Positions 27,971-41,325 of a stretch of 64,000 nucleotides of DNA are shown here, piece by piece. Position 1 is the first letter of the stretch. The number at the start of each line of letters is the position of its first letter. The notes under the pieces are model-generated. The model saw nothing but the letters and a program-made list of their open reading frames with translations, did no database searches and was not told the origin of the DNA. This stretch comes from Octopus vulgaris (lineage: Eukaryota). Where the stretch lies: NCBI GenBank assembly GCA_951406725.2, contig OX597830.1:71734001-71798000 (forward strand), in the 5' to 3' direction. The position numbers and the translations under genes are program-made.

Positions 27971-28199
27971 TACTCTTTACTCTCTCTCTTTTACTTGTTT
28001 CAGTCATTTGACTGCGGCCATGCTGGAGCACCACCTTTAATCGAACAAATCGACCCCAGGACTTATTCTTTGTAAGCCCAGTACTTATTCTATCGGTCTC
28101 TTTTGCCGAACCGCTAAGTGACGGGGACGTAAACACACCCGCATCGGTTGTCAAGCAATGCTAGGGGGACAAACACAGACACACAAATACACACACACA

Positions 28200-28264
<65 letters not shown>

Positions 28265-28428
28265 GACAGGCTTCTTTCAGTTTCCGTCTACCAAATCCAC
28301 TCACAAGGCATTGGTCGGCCCAGGGCTATAGCAGAAGACACTTGCCCAAGATGCCACGCAGTGGGACTGAACCCGGAACCATGTGGTTGGTTAGCAAGCT
28401 ACTTACCACACAGTCACTCCTGTGCCTA
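27971..28428 (-). mobile_element. SINE family A, full length
   Basis: Near-identical to 4975-5351. Confidence 0.85.
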
Positions 28429-28562
28429 TTTAGCCCTTTTTCTATCGGAGTCAGGGTTAGCAAACTACGTAGATTGCAGTGCAAACAGCTTTGCGTTAAT
28501 ATCTAGCTACATTTGTACGATTTCAAATTTAGTGAGGGTCAGCTTAACTTTTAACCTATTTC

Positions 28563-28750
28563 TATTTCTTTGCTACACACAAGGGGCTAAACACAGAGGA
28601 GACGAACAAGGACAGCAGACGGATTAAGTCGATTATATCGACACAAGTGCGTAATTGGTACTTATTTAATCGATCCGAAAAGGATGAAAGGCAAAGTCGA
28701 CCTCGGCGGAATTAGAACTAAGAACGTAGCGGCAGACGAAATACGGCTAC
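28563..28750 (-). mobile_element. SINE family C, 5' truncated
   Basis: Homology to 2129-2350. Confidence 0.75.
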
Positions 28751-28977
28751 GCACACACAATATTTTGAGTACTAAAGCAGCATGCACTCCCTCATCATGA
28801 GTACAAATTTATCCACACACGTACAAATACATATACGCACACACTAACCACATCACATATCCACAAAACCCAGAAAGTGTCTCGTCTTAAACGAAAGAAC
28901 CTTGTCGATATGAATTCTGCAGAAAAAAGGACTTAACTAACCCCCACAAAATTATACATACATACACACACACACAC

Positions 28978-29014
<37 letters not shown>

Positions 29015-30124
29015 AGCACAAGTACATACAGAGGTACAAACACACACGCACACACATTTATATATATATGTATGTGTGTGTATGTATGTGTGTGTATATA
29101 TATATATATATATCCACACAAATGTATATATGTGTATGTATATGTATGTCGAGGTCAACACAATCATTAAATCTATGAGATTTAAGCCGCTGTTGATTAG
29201 CATACATATGCCACAATATATATAATACACAATATATTGTAATGAAATCCTCATATTTCTTGATTTAATATATTATTAATATTCTGTTGCTTTTCGTCAT
29301 TATTTAATAAAATTTATTTTAAGGAGGTAATTAGAATTAAAATCTTATCCATAAAATACACTAGCGAAAAATATTTTAGCTCGTAACTTCACACTTTAAA
29401 CATAATCTTTTTCAACATCTTTAATATTTTAATGGATCGTTAATTTTAGTTATAGTGTTTTTTTTCGTATATTATAACTCTTTATGTTAGATTTTGTTAT
29501 TTTTGTATTTTATTAAGCATTTACATTTAATTTTCGTTTGTTTATGGATATTTTACAATTGTGACCCTTTAAATCAGTCTGCTTCAATTATAGATAATAT
29601 AAGTTATTATACAAAAACACTGGAAGTTCTTGTGAAGAGAACAAAATAGAAAAGAATAATACGAATCGTCGGGGACGCGATAATACTCTGTTCTGGCTGA
29701 TGTACTTTCTTGCTTCTGTGACGAAGACAATATACGTTGTCCCTGAAGTTAAGATGACAACGAGGATGAAGAATAAGAACAAATAAAGCAAAGTATAACA
29801 CACATAACTTATAACTAGGTGCACCGGTTCTATAAAATTTAGTGTGTCCACACTATAATGATTTTCTCTTAGCGCAAATATTAGGTGTCGTGATTTTTTT
29901 ACTGATATCGTTGAGATTACAAAAATGAGCTTTAATTACCCGACCGCAAGTCCGGAGTTCTGCGTCAGTTTCCGTTTTCCGTTTTCCCCAAAGTACGTAA
30001 AAATGATACAATTTTTTTCTTCAATCTGCGAAAGATCAGCTCTTATAATAAATTCTCTTGAGTCTCTTCTTCTCCTCTTCCTCGTGAGTTATAATATATA
30101 AGATATTCAGAAAGAAAATGACGA

Positions 30125-30130
30125 AGAGAG

Positions 30131-30163
<33 letters not shown>

Positions 30164-30299
30164 GAAATAATAATAATAATGATAATAATAATAATAATGA
30201 TAATAATAATAATAAGAAGAAGAAGAATAAAAATGATGATGATGATGATGATGATGATGAAGTATGATGATGATGATAATGATGATGGAGATGATGATG

Positions 30300-30368
<69 letters not shown>

Positions 30369-30545
30369 TGAAGAAGAAGTGGAAGAAAAAGAAGAAGAAG
30401 AAGAAAAAGAAGAAGAAGAAGAAGAAGAAGAAGAAGAAGAAGAAGAAGAAGAAGAAGAAGAAGAAGACGAAGAAGAAGTGGAAGAATATTAAGAGAAAGA
30501 AAGAGAATTACAACAACAATAATAATAATAATAATAATAATATGC
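30125..30545. repeat. Compound GA/TAA/GAT/GAA microsatellite
   Basis: Directly visible. Confidence 0.95.
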
Positions 30546-30933
30546 AGTATCAATAAATAAACAAATAAGCCTATGTTATTGACCTCACTAGTCTAACGAT
30601 GATATAAGGTCGTTATAGCTTGTAGACTCTGGCTGATCTTTAACCCCATGGAGCATTTCAGCTACGGTGTCGTTCTTTCTCCTTCGTAGCTAATAAATAA
30701 GCCAATGAAGAAATCCCGTTGAAATTCAAGCGTCCGTTGTTAATTCCTTTATTGCACGCGAGTCAGAAGAGACTTGAATTTTATTGCGGCATTAGTGGCA
30801 GCAGCAGGAGCAGAAGCAGCAGCAGCATCGGTAGTAGGACACATAAGCAACAGCAACAGCAACGGCAGAAGCGATATATATTAGGCAGCAGCATCAACGA
30901 ACCCACCAGAGCAGTAACAACATACTGGTGGCG

Positions 30934-31000
<67 letters not shown>

Positions 31001-31173
31001 TAGTAGTAGTAGTTGTTGTTGTTGTTGTTGTTATTGCTGTTGACGTTGATGTAAAATGTGGTGGGGACAGCAGTAGAATCAAAGGCAGTCTCAGAAATAT
31101 CAGCATTAGTAAGTCAATGACTTTCGTGATGGCGGCTGTGGAAATGATATTCTTATACTGCAAAAACATACAT

Positions 31174-31338
31174 AGGCGTAAGAAGTGGCCGTGTGGTAAG
31201 TAGCTTGCTTACCAACCACATGGTTCCGGGTTCAGTCTCACTGCTTGACACCGTGGGCAAGTGTCTTCTACTATAGCCTAGGGCCGACCAAAGCCTTGTG
31301 AGTGGATTTGGTAGACGGAAACTGAAAGAAGCCCGTCG

Positions 31339-31373
<35 letters not shown>

Positions 31374-31657
31374 ATGTATGTATGTATATATGCATGTATG
31401 TATGTATGTATGTATGTATGTATGTATGTATATATGTATGCGTTTGTGTGTCTGTGTTTGTGCTCCCCCCCAACATCACTTGACAACCGATGCTAGTGTA
31501 TTTACGTCCCCGTAACTTAGCGGTTCAGCATAAGTCAACGATAGAATAAGTACTAGGCTTACAAAGAATAAGTCCTGGGGTCGATTTGCTCGACTAAAGG
31601 CGGTGCTCCAGCATGGCCACATTCAAATGACTGAAACAAGTAAAAGAGTAAAAGAGA
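31174..31657 (+). mobile_element. SINE family A, full length
   Basis: Collinear with other family A copies. Confidence 0.85.
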
Positions 31658-31661
31658 TGCA

Positions 31662-32010
31662 TTCTTTTATTCTTTCATTCTTTTACTTGTTTCAGTCTTT
31701 TGACTGCGGCCATGTTGGGGCACCGCCTTAAAAAGGATTTGCTTTAGTCGAAGAAATCGACACTATGTCTTACTCTTTGTAAGCCTAGGACTTATCCTAC
31801 AGGTCTCTTCTGCTGAACGGCTAAGATACGGGGACGTAAACACATTAGCATAGCTTTCTTGTTAAAAGATGGTGGTAGGACAAACACAGACACAAACACA
31901 CACACACATACATACAAATACAACACAAACAAACGCACACACATATATACGACAGGTTTCTTGTAGTTTCCGTCTGCCAAATCCACTCACAAGGCTTTGG
32001 TCAGCTTCTG
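31662..32010 (-). mobile_element. SINE family A lacking its head, abutting the PLE
   Basis: Tail-to-tail with 31174-31657; homology ends near 32010. Confidence 0.8.
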
Positions 32011-32043
32011 GTCTGTCCACTCCAATTATAAAGAAGAGAGAGG

Positions 32044-32526
32044 ATGAGGCCAATAAACTGTCCACACTCTGTCTATGTGAAAGACCTCTCTGAAAAGATA
32101 GAAAAGATATGCGGCCCATATGACACCAGGACAGTATTCAAGAGTAATACAACGCTTCGCAAATATCTCCTTCGAATAAAAGCACCAATAGAAAAGAATA
32201 TGACCAAAGACTGCGTGTACTCCATCCCATGCAGCTGCGATAGGTTATACAAAGACGAAACATACCGCCCCCTCAAAATAAGGGTAGACGAACATCGCAA
32301 AGCTGTGATACGAGGAGATATTGATAAATCGGGTATAGCTGATCATGTATGGAAAAATGGAGACCACCTCGCCCTGTGGGATGAAGTTAAAATAATAGAC
32401 AGAGAACACCACTGGAAAATACGAAAACTAAAAGAAGCAGCACATATGCAAGGACACAACAATCTCCTAAGCAGACCGAGTGCAGATATGAGCAGCATAT
32501 GGGAACCGGTATTAAGGAAGGGTTGA
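32044..32526 (+). pseudogene. PLE linker plus GIY-YIG endonuclease domain
   Basis: YVKDLSEKI...VFKSNTTLR...CVYSIPCSCDRLYKDET.RPLKIRVDEH...SGIADH...W..VKIIDRE..W..RKLKEA; YIG decayed to YKD; no RT present. Confidence 0.9.
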
Positions 32527-32573
32527 AAATTATTAGATTTATAAGCCCTAAAATTCACTCCATAATTACACAC

Positions 32574-32646
32574 GGGCATATGGCGTAGTTTTTAAGAGCG
32601 CGGGCTACTAACCCCAAGATTCCGAGTTGGATTCCAAGCAGTGACC
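32574..32646 (+). other. tRNA-derived segment (Pol III A/B boxes), not a functional tRNA gene
   Basis: TGGCGTAGT (A box, 32581), GGG-CTACTAA-CCC anticodon-like arm, GAGTTGGATTCC (B box with one mismatch, 32624-32635); poor acceptor stem. Confidence 0.65.
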
Positions 32647-32744
32647 TGAACAACAACAATAACAACAATAATAATAATAATAATAACAACAGCAATATCG
32701 AAAAATATTTTAGGAATGAGAACCCAGGTTCGAAATTTCTCCAA

Positions 32745-32790
32745 GAGACCTGAAGAAGGCTGGAGGGTATATCAGCCGAAACGTTGTGTT
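32745..32790 (+). ncRNA. Minimal type I hammerhead ribozyme motif
   Basis: GAGAC-CTGAAGA-A-GGCTG-GAGGGTATAT-CAGCC-GAAAC-GTT-GTGTT; intact core, perfect 5-bp stem II. Confidence 0.8.
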
Positions 32791-33044
32791 AACAACAAAC
32801 AGGATGAGGACAAATGTCTGTCGAATGTAAATAATGTACATAATTCCTCATCTCTTAAGTATAGAACTGTGATGAAGTTTATATCTCCTTTCGCATGAAA
32901 AACAATAGCGAAGCGTTAAACTATATGATTTATGGATCAATAGAATCTATCATGAAATAAATATGTGTTCTCAGAGAGAAATTCGGCATATTTTGTCTTT
33001 ACTGAGTATGTATGTATATAAATATACTTTTATATATATATATA

Positions 33045-33438
33045 TTTATATATAAAAGAGAGGTTGTGTGATGTCTGTCTCCTACGATTTAGATTCCTAA
33101 CTACTCCCACATTTTGCGATGCAATTTAACCAAAACCGGGTATCTTATAGTCGTGATTCATATCGAGCCCTTCTGGGTATTAGCGCGCGTCTACGATGAA
33201 TCTACGATTTTAAAAACAATTTACCATCAATTTTTTTCAATTTTAATGCATTTTTGGCATATATAAGGGAAGTAACTCTCTAAAAATGTATTATTAAATC
33301 TCAGAACGTAAAAAGCTACAGTAACACCCCCACTTTGTGGTTAGTCATATTGAGATGGCTATTATACTTTACATCTCTAAAAATGCTTATATAGTTATTT
33401 CCCTTACAAACCCGAGCAACGCTGGGCGATACTGCTAG
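33045..33438 (+). mobile_element. Non-autonomous Helitron (same family as 20240-20865)
   Basis: Shared 5' ~190 bp and 3' CCCGAGCAACGCTGGG...CTAG|T. Confidence 0.8.
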
Positions 33439-34642
33439 TATTTATATATATCAGTTGAGTATAAAAGATATTTGAGAAATAGTCTGAATATTTACAACAG
33501 AGCGAGATCCGTTGCGGCGAGAGTCATTGATACCCCTGTGAGGGATTGGAAAAATGGACTATTTAGACTCTTATAAAGCTTAGAGGTCGGGAGTAGACGA
33601 GAGAGAGCGTTTGATAGTCTCACGATGTACGTCGTGGGAACACATTGATTAATCTCTGTTTCGTTAATTTATATATCCAACCTGTATGTCAGGATATATA
33701 AGCCTCCTTTGGTCAATGATGACCATGCATTTGTACGAGTATATGAAAATCTAGGAAAGTTGTTTTGAGGAAGACAAGGGCTAGCTGTTGTCCATGCTCG
33801 CAACTCCGTCAACGTCACCATTGTTTATCTAAGGGAAAGGTCACTGAGTTGGTTTATGCAGATTGTGGCCAATATTTACGCAGCAGTTGCTGTTCAGAAC
33901 CGCAATACAACTGACCTGATCCTTTTATGAAGCCCGCCAATCCACTAGTATGGATTGGTACATATTTTATCGGCTCCGAAAAATAAAGGGGAAAGGCAAA
34001 CTTAACGTCTCAGCGATTTGAACCCAGCGATTTGAACCCAGCGATTTGAACCCAGCACTTTGAGAATTAGAACAAATGCAGCGTGCCATAAAAAAAAAGT
34101 TCTCAAAACGATTCTGCTAATTCCCCACTTTCGGTTTTTTATAGGAACCAAAAGAACTGATGATGATTTTAAAGTGAGTTTTCAGTTTCAGTCAACCGCC
34201 CAATCTCCCTCATTAGATTCCACAAAGTTTTCGTGAACCAAGTTTTACTCATAACATTTTAGTCGTCACTAGGTTGCAGTAAAACCACTTGCTCAATGTG
34301 GGATTGAACCCGAAACCAGGTAGTTTGGAAGTGAATTCTTTAACCGTGCACACACACTTTCGACTGTTACTTCATTAGAGTTATTTGTACGATAAAATAA
34401 AAAATCAAAAAATCTGATTACTTCCGAAAAAGCTGATACTCGCAAAGAATGAAATTTCTTGGCTAGAAGTCATACCTGCATTTTAGCAAAGTAAATTGAT
34501 ATGAGGAGATTGATATTGTTTCACTTAATTGCTCAACAGCATTTTTTCGTTGCATAGCTTGAACTCATGTTAACGATTATGCCAGCTCGCCAATAAAAGC
34601 AGAGGTGGTCAACAACATGTACCACATGTGCTATATAGTTGA

Positions 34643-34879
34643 ATAGTCAAGGAGGAAAGCGAAAAAATAGACAAATACAACCCTCTTAAGTACGAAATAG
34701 CGCAGCTATAGGAAATGAAGATGAAGATAATGCCTATTATTGTTGGGTCTTTGGGAACTGTATCAGAAGACATCAAGAGGAATATAAAGGAAATCGGAAT
34801 AGAGTGCCCTGTAAAACGGTTACAAAATGTTTGCCTTCTTGGCACAGCCAGAATAATCAGGAAAGTATTAGATAGCTGA
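34643..34879 (+). pseudogene. C-terminal restriction-like endonuclease region of an R4/Dong-type non-LTR element
   Basis: KEESEKIDKYNPLKYEIAQL*EMK..IMPIIVGSLGTV...LQNVCLLGTARIIRKVLDS*; the 3' UTR runs to an A/TAA tail near 35040. Confidence 0.85.
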
Positions 34880-35198
34880 AAAGAATAAATAGCATGTTAC
34901 TGTAGACTACAAGCAGCAAGCTTGCTACATGCAAGACTCCAGGAGTTCCAACAAAACCGCAAAACCAACAAAACCAAGCAAGCATGCAAGACTCCAGGAG
35001 TTCCAACAAAACTTCTTATGAAAAGAAAAAAAAAACATAATAATCATGATAATCCTTTTTTACCATAGACACAAGGCCTGGAATTTGTGGGGAGGGGACT
35101 AATCGATTAAATCAACCCCCAGTACTTTAATGGTACTTAATTTATCCACCCCGAAAGAAAGGAACCTCGGCAGAATAATAATAATAATAATAATGATG

Positions 35199-35247
<49 letters not shown>

Positions 35248-36059
35248 ATAAATAAATAAAGAACAATCTTCTAATTCGATAATCATGGAGCGACACAATG
35301 TCCTTGATAGCGGATAAAGCGAGTGCCTATGATCTATGAAGTCTAGCATGCAAAATATTTAACCAACATCGCTCTTCTAAGTCAGCCACTGTGCTGATGT
35401 TGAAGAAGAAAAGAAAGGGAGAAAAAAATGAGGAGAAATTTCCTAATTCGATAATAAATTCTCGGCAAAGAAACGATAAATTGCATCAACGAATTACTCT
35501 GTGTTACATAGAACAATGGTAGATATGGAATTTACGAGCTACTGCTTTCACTTTCAACAAAGTCTAGGGAATGCATTGCTAGAGTTGTTAGCAGTGTTGG
35601 CTGTGTGCCGAGCATAGCACGCAGCATGTAATAAATAAACAGTGGCTGATTTGTGCCAGAAGCATGTATTCTTAAATGATGTTTAAACCACGAGGTAAGT
35701 TGTGCATTGATCCTAAGCAAAAGAACAATGGGTGTTCTGGGATATTTGCTCTCTACTTAATATTTTTTTAATTGTTTTTTTTTTGGCTTTTTACTTTCTG
35801 AACGAAGATCTTTATTTATTTATTCATTTATTTATTCGTTATGTGCCGAATTAAAATGTAGGCAAACGTATACATACAGGCAAGTATTATATATTATTAT
35901 ATTTATCTCTCTCTCTCCAATTTAGATTTATCGCTTAAAGTAAATTAAATTTTATTATTATTACTATTTTGATTTTTAAGAAGAGAATTATCATAAAGGC
36001 GGTGCTCCAGCATGACCACAGTCAAATGACTGAAACACGTAAAAGAGTAAAAGAGTATA

Positions 36060-36410
36060 TGTTTCTGGGTTCAGTCGCACTGCGTGGCATCTTGGGCAAG
36101 TGTCGTCTACTGTAGCCTCGGGTCGACCAAATCTTTGTGAGAGGATTTGTCTGACGGAAATTGAAGGAAGCCCATCATTTATAGGTATATACATATCTGT
36201 GTATGTGTGTTTGTCTCCACCGCTTGACAACCGTTGCTAGTGTATTTCTGTCCCCGTAACATAGTGAATCGGTAAAAGGGACCGATAGAATAAGTACCAG
36301 ACTTTTAAAAGATAAGTCGATTCGTCCGACCCAAAATTCTTCAAGGTGGTGCCCCAGCATGGCCGCAGACTAATGACTGAAACAAGTAAAAAAGTAAAAG
36401 ACAAAAGAGA
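36060..36410 (+). mobile_element. Diverged SINE family A, preceded by a second family A tail (35995-36058)
   Basis: Homology to other copies. Confidence 0.7.
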
Positions 36411-37794
36411 GATATATATATATAAGTAGTTTTAGAGACAGAACCAGCCAGTCTTTTTTAACATCTAATCTTGGCTTTTAGATGTAATATTTACTCGGTT
36501 TGATAACACCACCAAGTCCTTGAGTTCTTTTAGTGAAATCCACTAAATTTTCAAATATTTGGAACATGTCCTCGGTTTGAGAATAACTCGAGATTTTGAT
36601 CTACAGAAGCAACACATCATTCGTTCTTTCATCTTCACTCCATATCCTCTTAATTTGAGACTGCCGAAAAAGATGAAAGTGTTCGTATTCTATTCTCTCG
36701 ATCGATTGATCAAAAACCAACAGCAAAATATTTTACTGATCAAATAGCTAGTTTAACTAGTGATCGTTCATTTGAAACCCTATGTGAGTTCAAACGTTCG
36801 CTAGTTCACTCTTTGTTAAAGGATTTACTGTACGTTAACACAATGTTCTTAATTTGGTAAATAAATGAGAAATTGCATGTTAAAAGGTTAATGAAAGAAT
36901 TTGCTCATTTAGACACCTGTTACTTTTATGCGACACAGCGATAAGAGCATGCAATACGCAAGTAAAATAAAACAAAATACTGACATTTATATTCATATCA
37001 AGGTTATCTTATAATATTGAGACCATGTCACAAAATGGGAGGTAGAATTGCTTACCGTAATGAAAAACAAAGCATCAGATCCGTTGCTTTCATATCCAAA
37101 TGTACTGAGTCTAGAGGAAGAGATAATGCTTATCACCTTTGCTTGTCCTCCAAAGCCGGTTGAGGCTTTTGCTTATAAATACCCTTCTTGAATCAACATT
37201 TCTTGGAAAGACATTAGCTTGGAGGGAATTTCAGAAGCATGATACTTTGGGTAGGAAAAATCGCTTACAGGGATTAGTAGGGCATCTGAAAATGTTGGAC
37301 ACAAAAATAGCTGAGAGGAGGAGAAAACGAGCAGGCTGACAATATATGAGAAGAGGTCGTGCAAAACCAGTGAGATTCGAATTGCGGAGGCGATTATAGT
37401 AATTGATACGACATGCAAAGAGATATAAGACATCTTGATGTGAGCTAGGCGTTGAGAGGTCTTTGTGAATTTTGCTGTTGTATTAAAGCACCCAAATGTT
37501 CATTATGTTAGTTTGAGTTTGGCAATGATAAAAAGTTATGCCTCTTAAATAACCTATACCTAGCTTTAGAAGCTGGTCCTAAAATTACTGAGATTTTTTA
37601 GACAGTCAATAATATGTTCCATGTTAAAGGATTTCCCCCAAATTAAAGATAACCAAATATGCCAGTTACCCAACGATCAGTTTATATTGGTAGATAATTG
37701 TCATAAGTACTACAAAAACTTGACAGAGAGATTTAGTTTCGTTTTCCTGTTGATACTATCTTAACTTCTATTACCTTGCTATATATATATATAT

Positions 37795-39320
37795 AGACGT
37801 TTGTGTTGCAATATTCTTGATGTGAAACCGTGCGTTGAAACATATATTGTTGTATTTTGGGACGGTCATTTAATTTGGCCAAATAAACACACGCACTATA
37901 TATTCGTTCTTCACTCGTTTATTACTCTTCTTGCTCTAACTCATGTGAATTGCCCGGAAATCTTTGGTCACACATCTGTGACCTCTTCAGTGATACTTTC
38001 CGTCTTCGCGTATGCTCTTGTTCCGCTCATTTCATTCGGTTATTCTATGACGTATATCCTTTTATGCGCATGCGCCTGTATTTGTGGGCGTGTGTGCATG
38101 TGTACATGTGTGTATGTGTGTGTGTATGAGTGTGTGTGTGTCATTGTTCTTAGTAGGACTATGGCGCTCCCCTCGGCCCCGTCCCCTCCCCGTTGCTGCT
38201 GATGCTGCCCTAGAACCTGGTATTTGGTAACGTTCCTGTATTCTTCTGTGTTTGTGTGTTCGCGCACGCTGCTGTCATCATGTTGTTTATGCCACTGTTG
38301 TTACCACTGCTGCTGTTGTCGATGTTGGTCGTGTTGTTGATATTGTTACGGCCATCTGTAAAGTTACTCTGTGTGTGTTCGTGTATGTATCTGGGTTTGC
38401 TTTCTATGTTGTCAGTATTCGTGCCCTTCGTACAGTCTTTTTTATATAGTAATGATACGACATAGTAATGTCGTATCATTACTATTTTTCTTAGATTTCT
38501 CATAGGTATGTGCATATTTTTCTATTGTGTGTGTATTACGCTGTTTGTATCTGTCTTTTTTCTCTCTTCTTTCTTTAGCCGTCATGTTGTGTGGTAGGTG
38601 TTATTGCTCCATTCGTGTATTCTGTTGAGGCTCGGTCTGTCTATTGTTATATGTGTAGCCTCTGTGATCTAAGTGTCGTGTCCTTCTTATGCGTTGATAA
38701 TACTTTACCCTATATGCTATTAACCAAGCCTCTATATTCTACTTGAGCATGTTGGTAGAACAGTGACAAGCCTTTCTCTTCTTTGAGTGCTCGCCAGTAT
38801 TAACCTATACGCTCCCCTATGCTGCGTTCTGTCTGTCCAATGTAAGTAGTTCTCATGTTTCTGCACCGTCCCTCAGTACATCGTAAGCTATACACTATAT
38901 TCCTAACCTTACAGTTAACCTGTGGATTCATCCTACATACTATACAATTGTTCTCTGTACATGGGGACATATAGAAGAGATACATTCTACTGTCAGGGAT
39001 TCTATGGGGGAACCAGGCCCTTCTACTACTTTAATCCGTAGATTAGCCTTATCTATTGTTTTTCTAAAAAGGTATGCTAGTTCACCGCTAGGGGTAGCAT
39101 CAACGAACATGACAATCTAATATTTTTTTGATCAGTCCTTTCTGTACTGTTCCAATATTTACTCCTGTAAAGGGGGCAAATCCCCTTTGTATCAGTCTCT
39201 ATGATGGCTTTGTACTTAGCCCTTGATTCTTTGTATATTCTAATTCTAGCCCTTTGTTGCCAGAGAACTGCATGTGGTGAATGAAGTGTTGTCTGTATCT
39301 TTTCAATTCTATAGGGTCGC
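37795..39320 (-). mobile_element. Decayed PLE of a second lineage: GIY-YIG region (~38600-39320) and long 3' region
   Basis: GICPLYRSKYWNSTER / RIKVVEGPG / CTENNCIVC..NCKVRNIVYSLRCTEGRC....TYIGQTERSIGER / DRPSLNRIHEW; hammerhead-like CTGAAGA-GGTCACA-GATG-TGTGACC-AAAG at ~37960-37990. Confidence 0.8.
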
Positions 39321-39324
39321 ACAT

Positions 39325-39690
39325 GCGTGCTAACGTTTCTTATTTCTTTACTACCCACAAGGGGCTAAACACAGAGGGGACAAACAAGGACAGTCAAACG
39401 GATCAAGTCGATTATATCGGCCCCAGTGCGTAACTGGTACGTACTTAATCGACCCAGAAAGGATGAAAGGCAAAGTCAACCTCGGCGGAATTTGAACTCA
39501 GAAAGGGGCTGAGCACAGAGAGGTCAAACAAGGAGAGACAAACGGATTAAATCGATTACATCGACCCCAGTGCGTAACTGGTACTTAATCTATCGACATC
39601 GGCGGAATTTGAACTCAGAACGTAACGGCAGACGAAATACCGCTAAGCATTTCGCCTGGCGTGCTAACGTTTCTGCCAGCTAGCAGCCTT
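39325..39690 (-). mobile_element. Head-to-tail multimer of SINE family C
   Basis: Units 39690-39504, 39503-39340 and 39339-39325 in the same orientation. Confidence 0.8.
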
Positions 39691-40623
39691 CACTCAAGTC
39701 TGTAATATTATTTAATATATTTACTTCAAAAATTCTATAATTCACACAATCATAATTTAATCTAAAAGTCATGGTAACTGTTCGTTTTCACAATGTATAA
39801 AAAGCCTTCATTATTTCAATCTAAATCTAAAATTTTCCGAATTCACATTACTAGCTGTGTTCAACTGTAGCATTTTGTAGCAATAGGAGGCAGAGGGATG
39901 ACTGAGTTTTTACTTATGACATTGGTCTGTTGCATGGATTTTCCACAGAGGATAGAACAGGACTCGTGATATGAGAACTCAATACGGGAACACTTAGAGT
40001 ACTGACTTATACTTAAAGCGAAATTTTGGATGATGGAGTCCTTGACGTATTATGTCTAAAAAGTAAAAAAAAAAAGTGGGGAAATGTGGTTGTTAACATT
40101 GGAACACCCTTGATCATAATATCTACTCGTTCGAAGCTGAACTGGCTTTGAACGACGACTTCTATTTAAAGCAGGCATAGGTAATATCTTTCTTGAAGCG
40201 GGTCTCATGAGACATGACTCACTATCAGGCGAGCAGCGCTACTAAAAATTCTAGGTAATTTTTCGTTAGTCATCCTATTTAGAAAATCTAGAAGGTAGCA
40301 ATTTGCTCCTGACACTTTTACAGATTGAAGATAAATAAAAGCTGACTATGATGCTTGAATAATAAATGACTTTGCGCTGAACATAACAGGTGTGAACCGA
40401 AGGTATCCAATTTGGTAGACCTACTACTATTAAATTCATCATTTATGGCTATTCCAGTTGCTTCACCTTGGAGCTAGGAGGAAAAGAATTTTGAATACAC
40501 AATTAAAAATGAAATCCCATAGCCATATTCTCTGATATTCTATATCTGCGAATTTTATCATAATTAATGACTACAGAATACAGTCAAATTTATATACATA
40601 CATACATGTATATATGTAGTATA

Positions 40624-40659
<36 letters not shown>

Positions 40660-40707
40660 ATGTGTGTGTGTGTGTGTTACATATATATATAGGTATAATA
40701 TATATAT

Positions 40708-41322
40708 AAATAGAAATATTGTTGTTCCTAAATCTCTCAATGAGAGATATTCGATAGCACCACTTTAAAGTAACGATTATTTGCTAACATAAAGTGGCAG
40801 TCCCGTTTAGGGCGAATGCAACTGTTGTTTAGTCCCAGAAGACATCGTCTCAAGCTGGCTATACGGCACATGATCAGTATCCATATATTTCCGAACAGGG
40901 GATGTTAGCATCTCCACCTAGCACAAAAACACTATATGTGGACTGTATGGTTTCAGGATTATTTCCCTTCGTTGGCACAGAATAACCCTTTAGCTGAGAT
41001 GACGCTGCTAAACACCAGTTCTAAAATATATATAATTTGATAAGTGACTCGCCGTTACTGACCTAATAAATAGAAACATTGTTGTTCCTAAATGTCTCAA
41101 CGAGAACATTCAGTAGCAGTACTTTATAGTAATGATTATTTGAAAACCTAAACTGGAAATATATATAATTTCTTAAGTGACTCACAGTCACATATCTAAC
41201 AAATAGAAACATTGTTGTTCCAACGAAAGGAAATAAACCTGAAACCATACGGTCCACAGATATAGGGACCCAGGTCGCGGGTCGTATAGCCAGTTGGAGA
41301 CGATTACTCCTGGAGCTAAACA
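40708..41322. repeat. Cluster of direct and inverted repeats of unknown family
   Basis: AAATAGAAA(T/C)ATTGTTGTTCC at ~40708, 41068 and 41201; 40824-40975 inverted at 41220-41322. Confidence 0.75.
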
Positions 41323-41325
41323 AAA

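Larger units (their letters stand above)
32011..32870 (+). mobile_element. 5'-truncated Penelope-like element (Penelope/Poseidon-type) with its 3' terminal region
   Basis: GIY-YIG ORF followed by a tRNA-like segment, AAC/AAT repeat and hammerhead module. Confidence 0.85.

Noticed and set aside
30179-30556. Poly-N/poly-K low-complexity protein
   Set aside because: Pure compound trinucleotide microsatellite.
34014-34056. (GATTTGAACCCAGC)x3 as a regulatory array
   Set aside because: Local slippage within a decayed family C-like SINE.
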